This document shows positions 63,917 through 64,000 of a stretch of 64,000 nt of DNA, one piece after another. The translations under genes and the position numbers were made by a program. The first letter of the stretch is position 1; every line of letters begins with the position of its first letter. The notes under the pieces were generated by a model. It ran no database searches. It had not been told where the DNA came from and saw only the letters and a program-made list of their open reading frames with translations. This DNA is from a virus (taxonomy: Duplodnaviria > Caudoviricetes), in IMG/VR virus record IMGVR_UViG_3300032307_000764, positions 1 to 64,000 of that record; one strand, 5' to 3'.

Positions 63917-64000
63917 ATGAAAAATAAAAACTATAGCTGCTTCGAATATACTGCAGAAGAAAGAGAAAAGCTGGAATCGCTTTATAGCAAATCTTTTCCT
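63917..64000 (+). CDS. 5' end of a gene running off the window (MKNKNYSCFEYTAEEREKLESLYSKSFP...)
   Basis: Open frame to the window end; GAAA-N19-TACAAT motif upstream. Confidence 0.6.
   Translation, partial: MKNKNYSCFEYTAEEREKLESLYSKSFP

Noticed and set aside
1-64000. Giant eukaryotic virus (NCLDV), suggested by collagen and glycosylation genes
   Set aside because: The gp21-, gp23-, gp53- and gp5-like genes are tailed-phage hallmarks; no double-jelly-roll capsid or other NCLDV core gene is seen
1-64000. Stop-codon reassignment as in some jumbo phages
   Set aside because: Long intact ORFs tile the window in the standard code, and TAG, TGA and TAA all terminate genes at sensible boundaries
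1-64000. tRNA/rRNA genes, integrase, transposase, reverse transcriptase/DGR, introns or inteins
   Set aside because: No recognisable motifs, and the intergenic gaps show no cloverleaf by eye; tRNAscan-SE and Infernal were not run, so small RNAs cannot be fully excluded
63917-64000. Possible ribosomal protein S1-like N-terminus
   Set aside because: Only 28 residues are visible and no S1 domain is in the window; too little to call

Overview
AT-rich (about one third GC by eye), gene-dense 64-kb fragment of a large T4-like (jumbo-type) myophage read in the standard code. It is not a bacterial chromosome or an NCLDV. Modules in order: (1) 1-10746, the end of a collagen-like fibre gene followed by 2OG-Fe(II) oxygenases, glycosyltransferases (GTs) and a 1302-aa GT4/TibC-like/methyltransferase fusion. 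(2) 10841-33730, a head region with a fused prohead protease-scaffold, a gp23-like major capsid protein, and about 10 unknown proteins sharing an N-terminal motif like the T4 capsid-targeting sequence. It also holds a nucleotidyltransferase, a kinase plus AsnB-like amidotransferase, a RimK-protease fusion and a poly-acidic protein. (3) 33884-49468, a 16-kb glycan island with about 9 GTs, Gmd, DegT, FabH, an acyltransferase, KdsD and KdsA. (4) 51376-63861, a baseplate module (gp53-, hub- and gp5-like genes) and a 1699-aa orphan. Two recurring promoter-like motifs were found by eye (GATATATA and GAAA-N19-TAYAAT). The near absence of Shine-Dalgarno sequences suggests a Bacteroidota host (inference). 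All family calls come from motif recognition; no database search was run.
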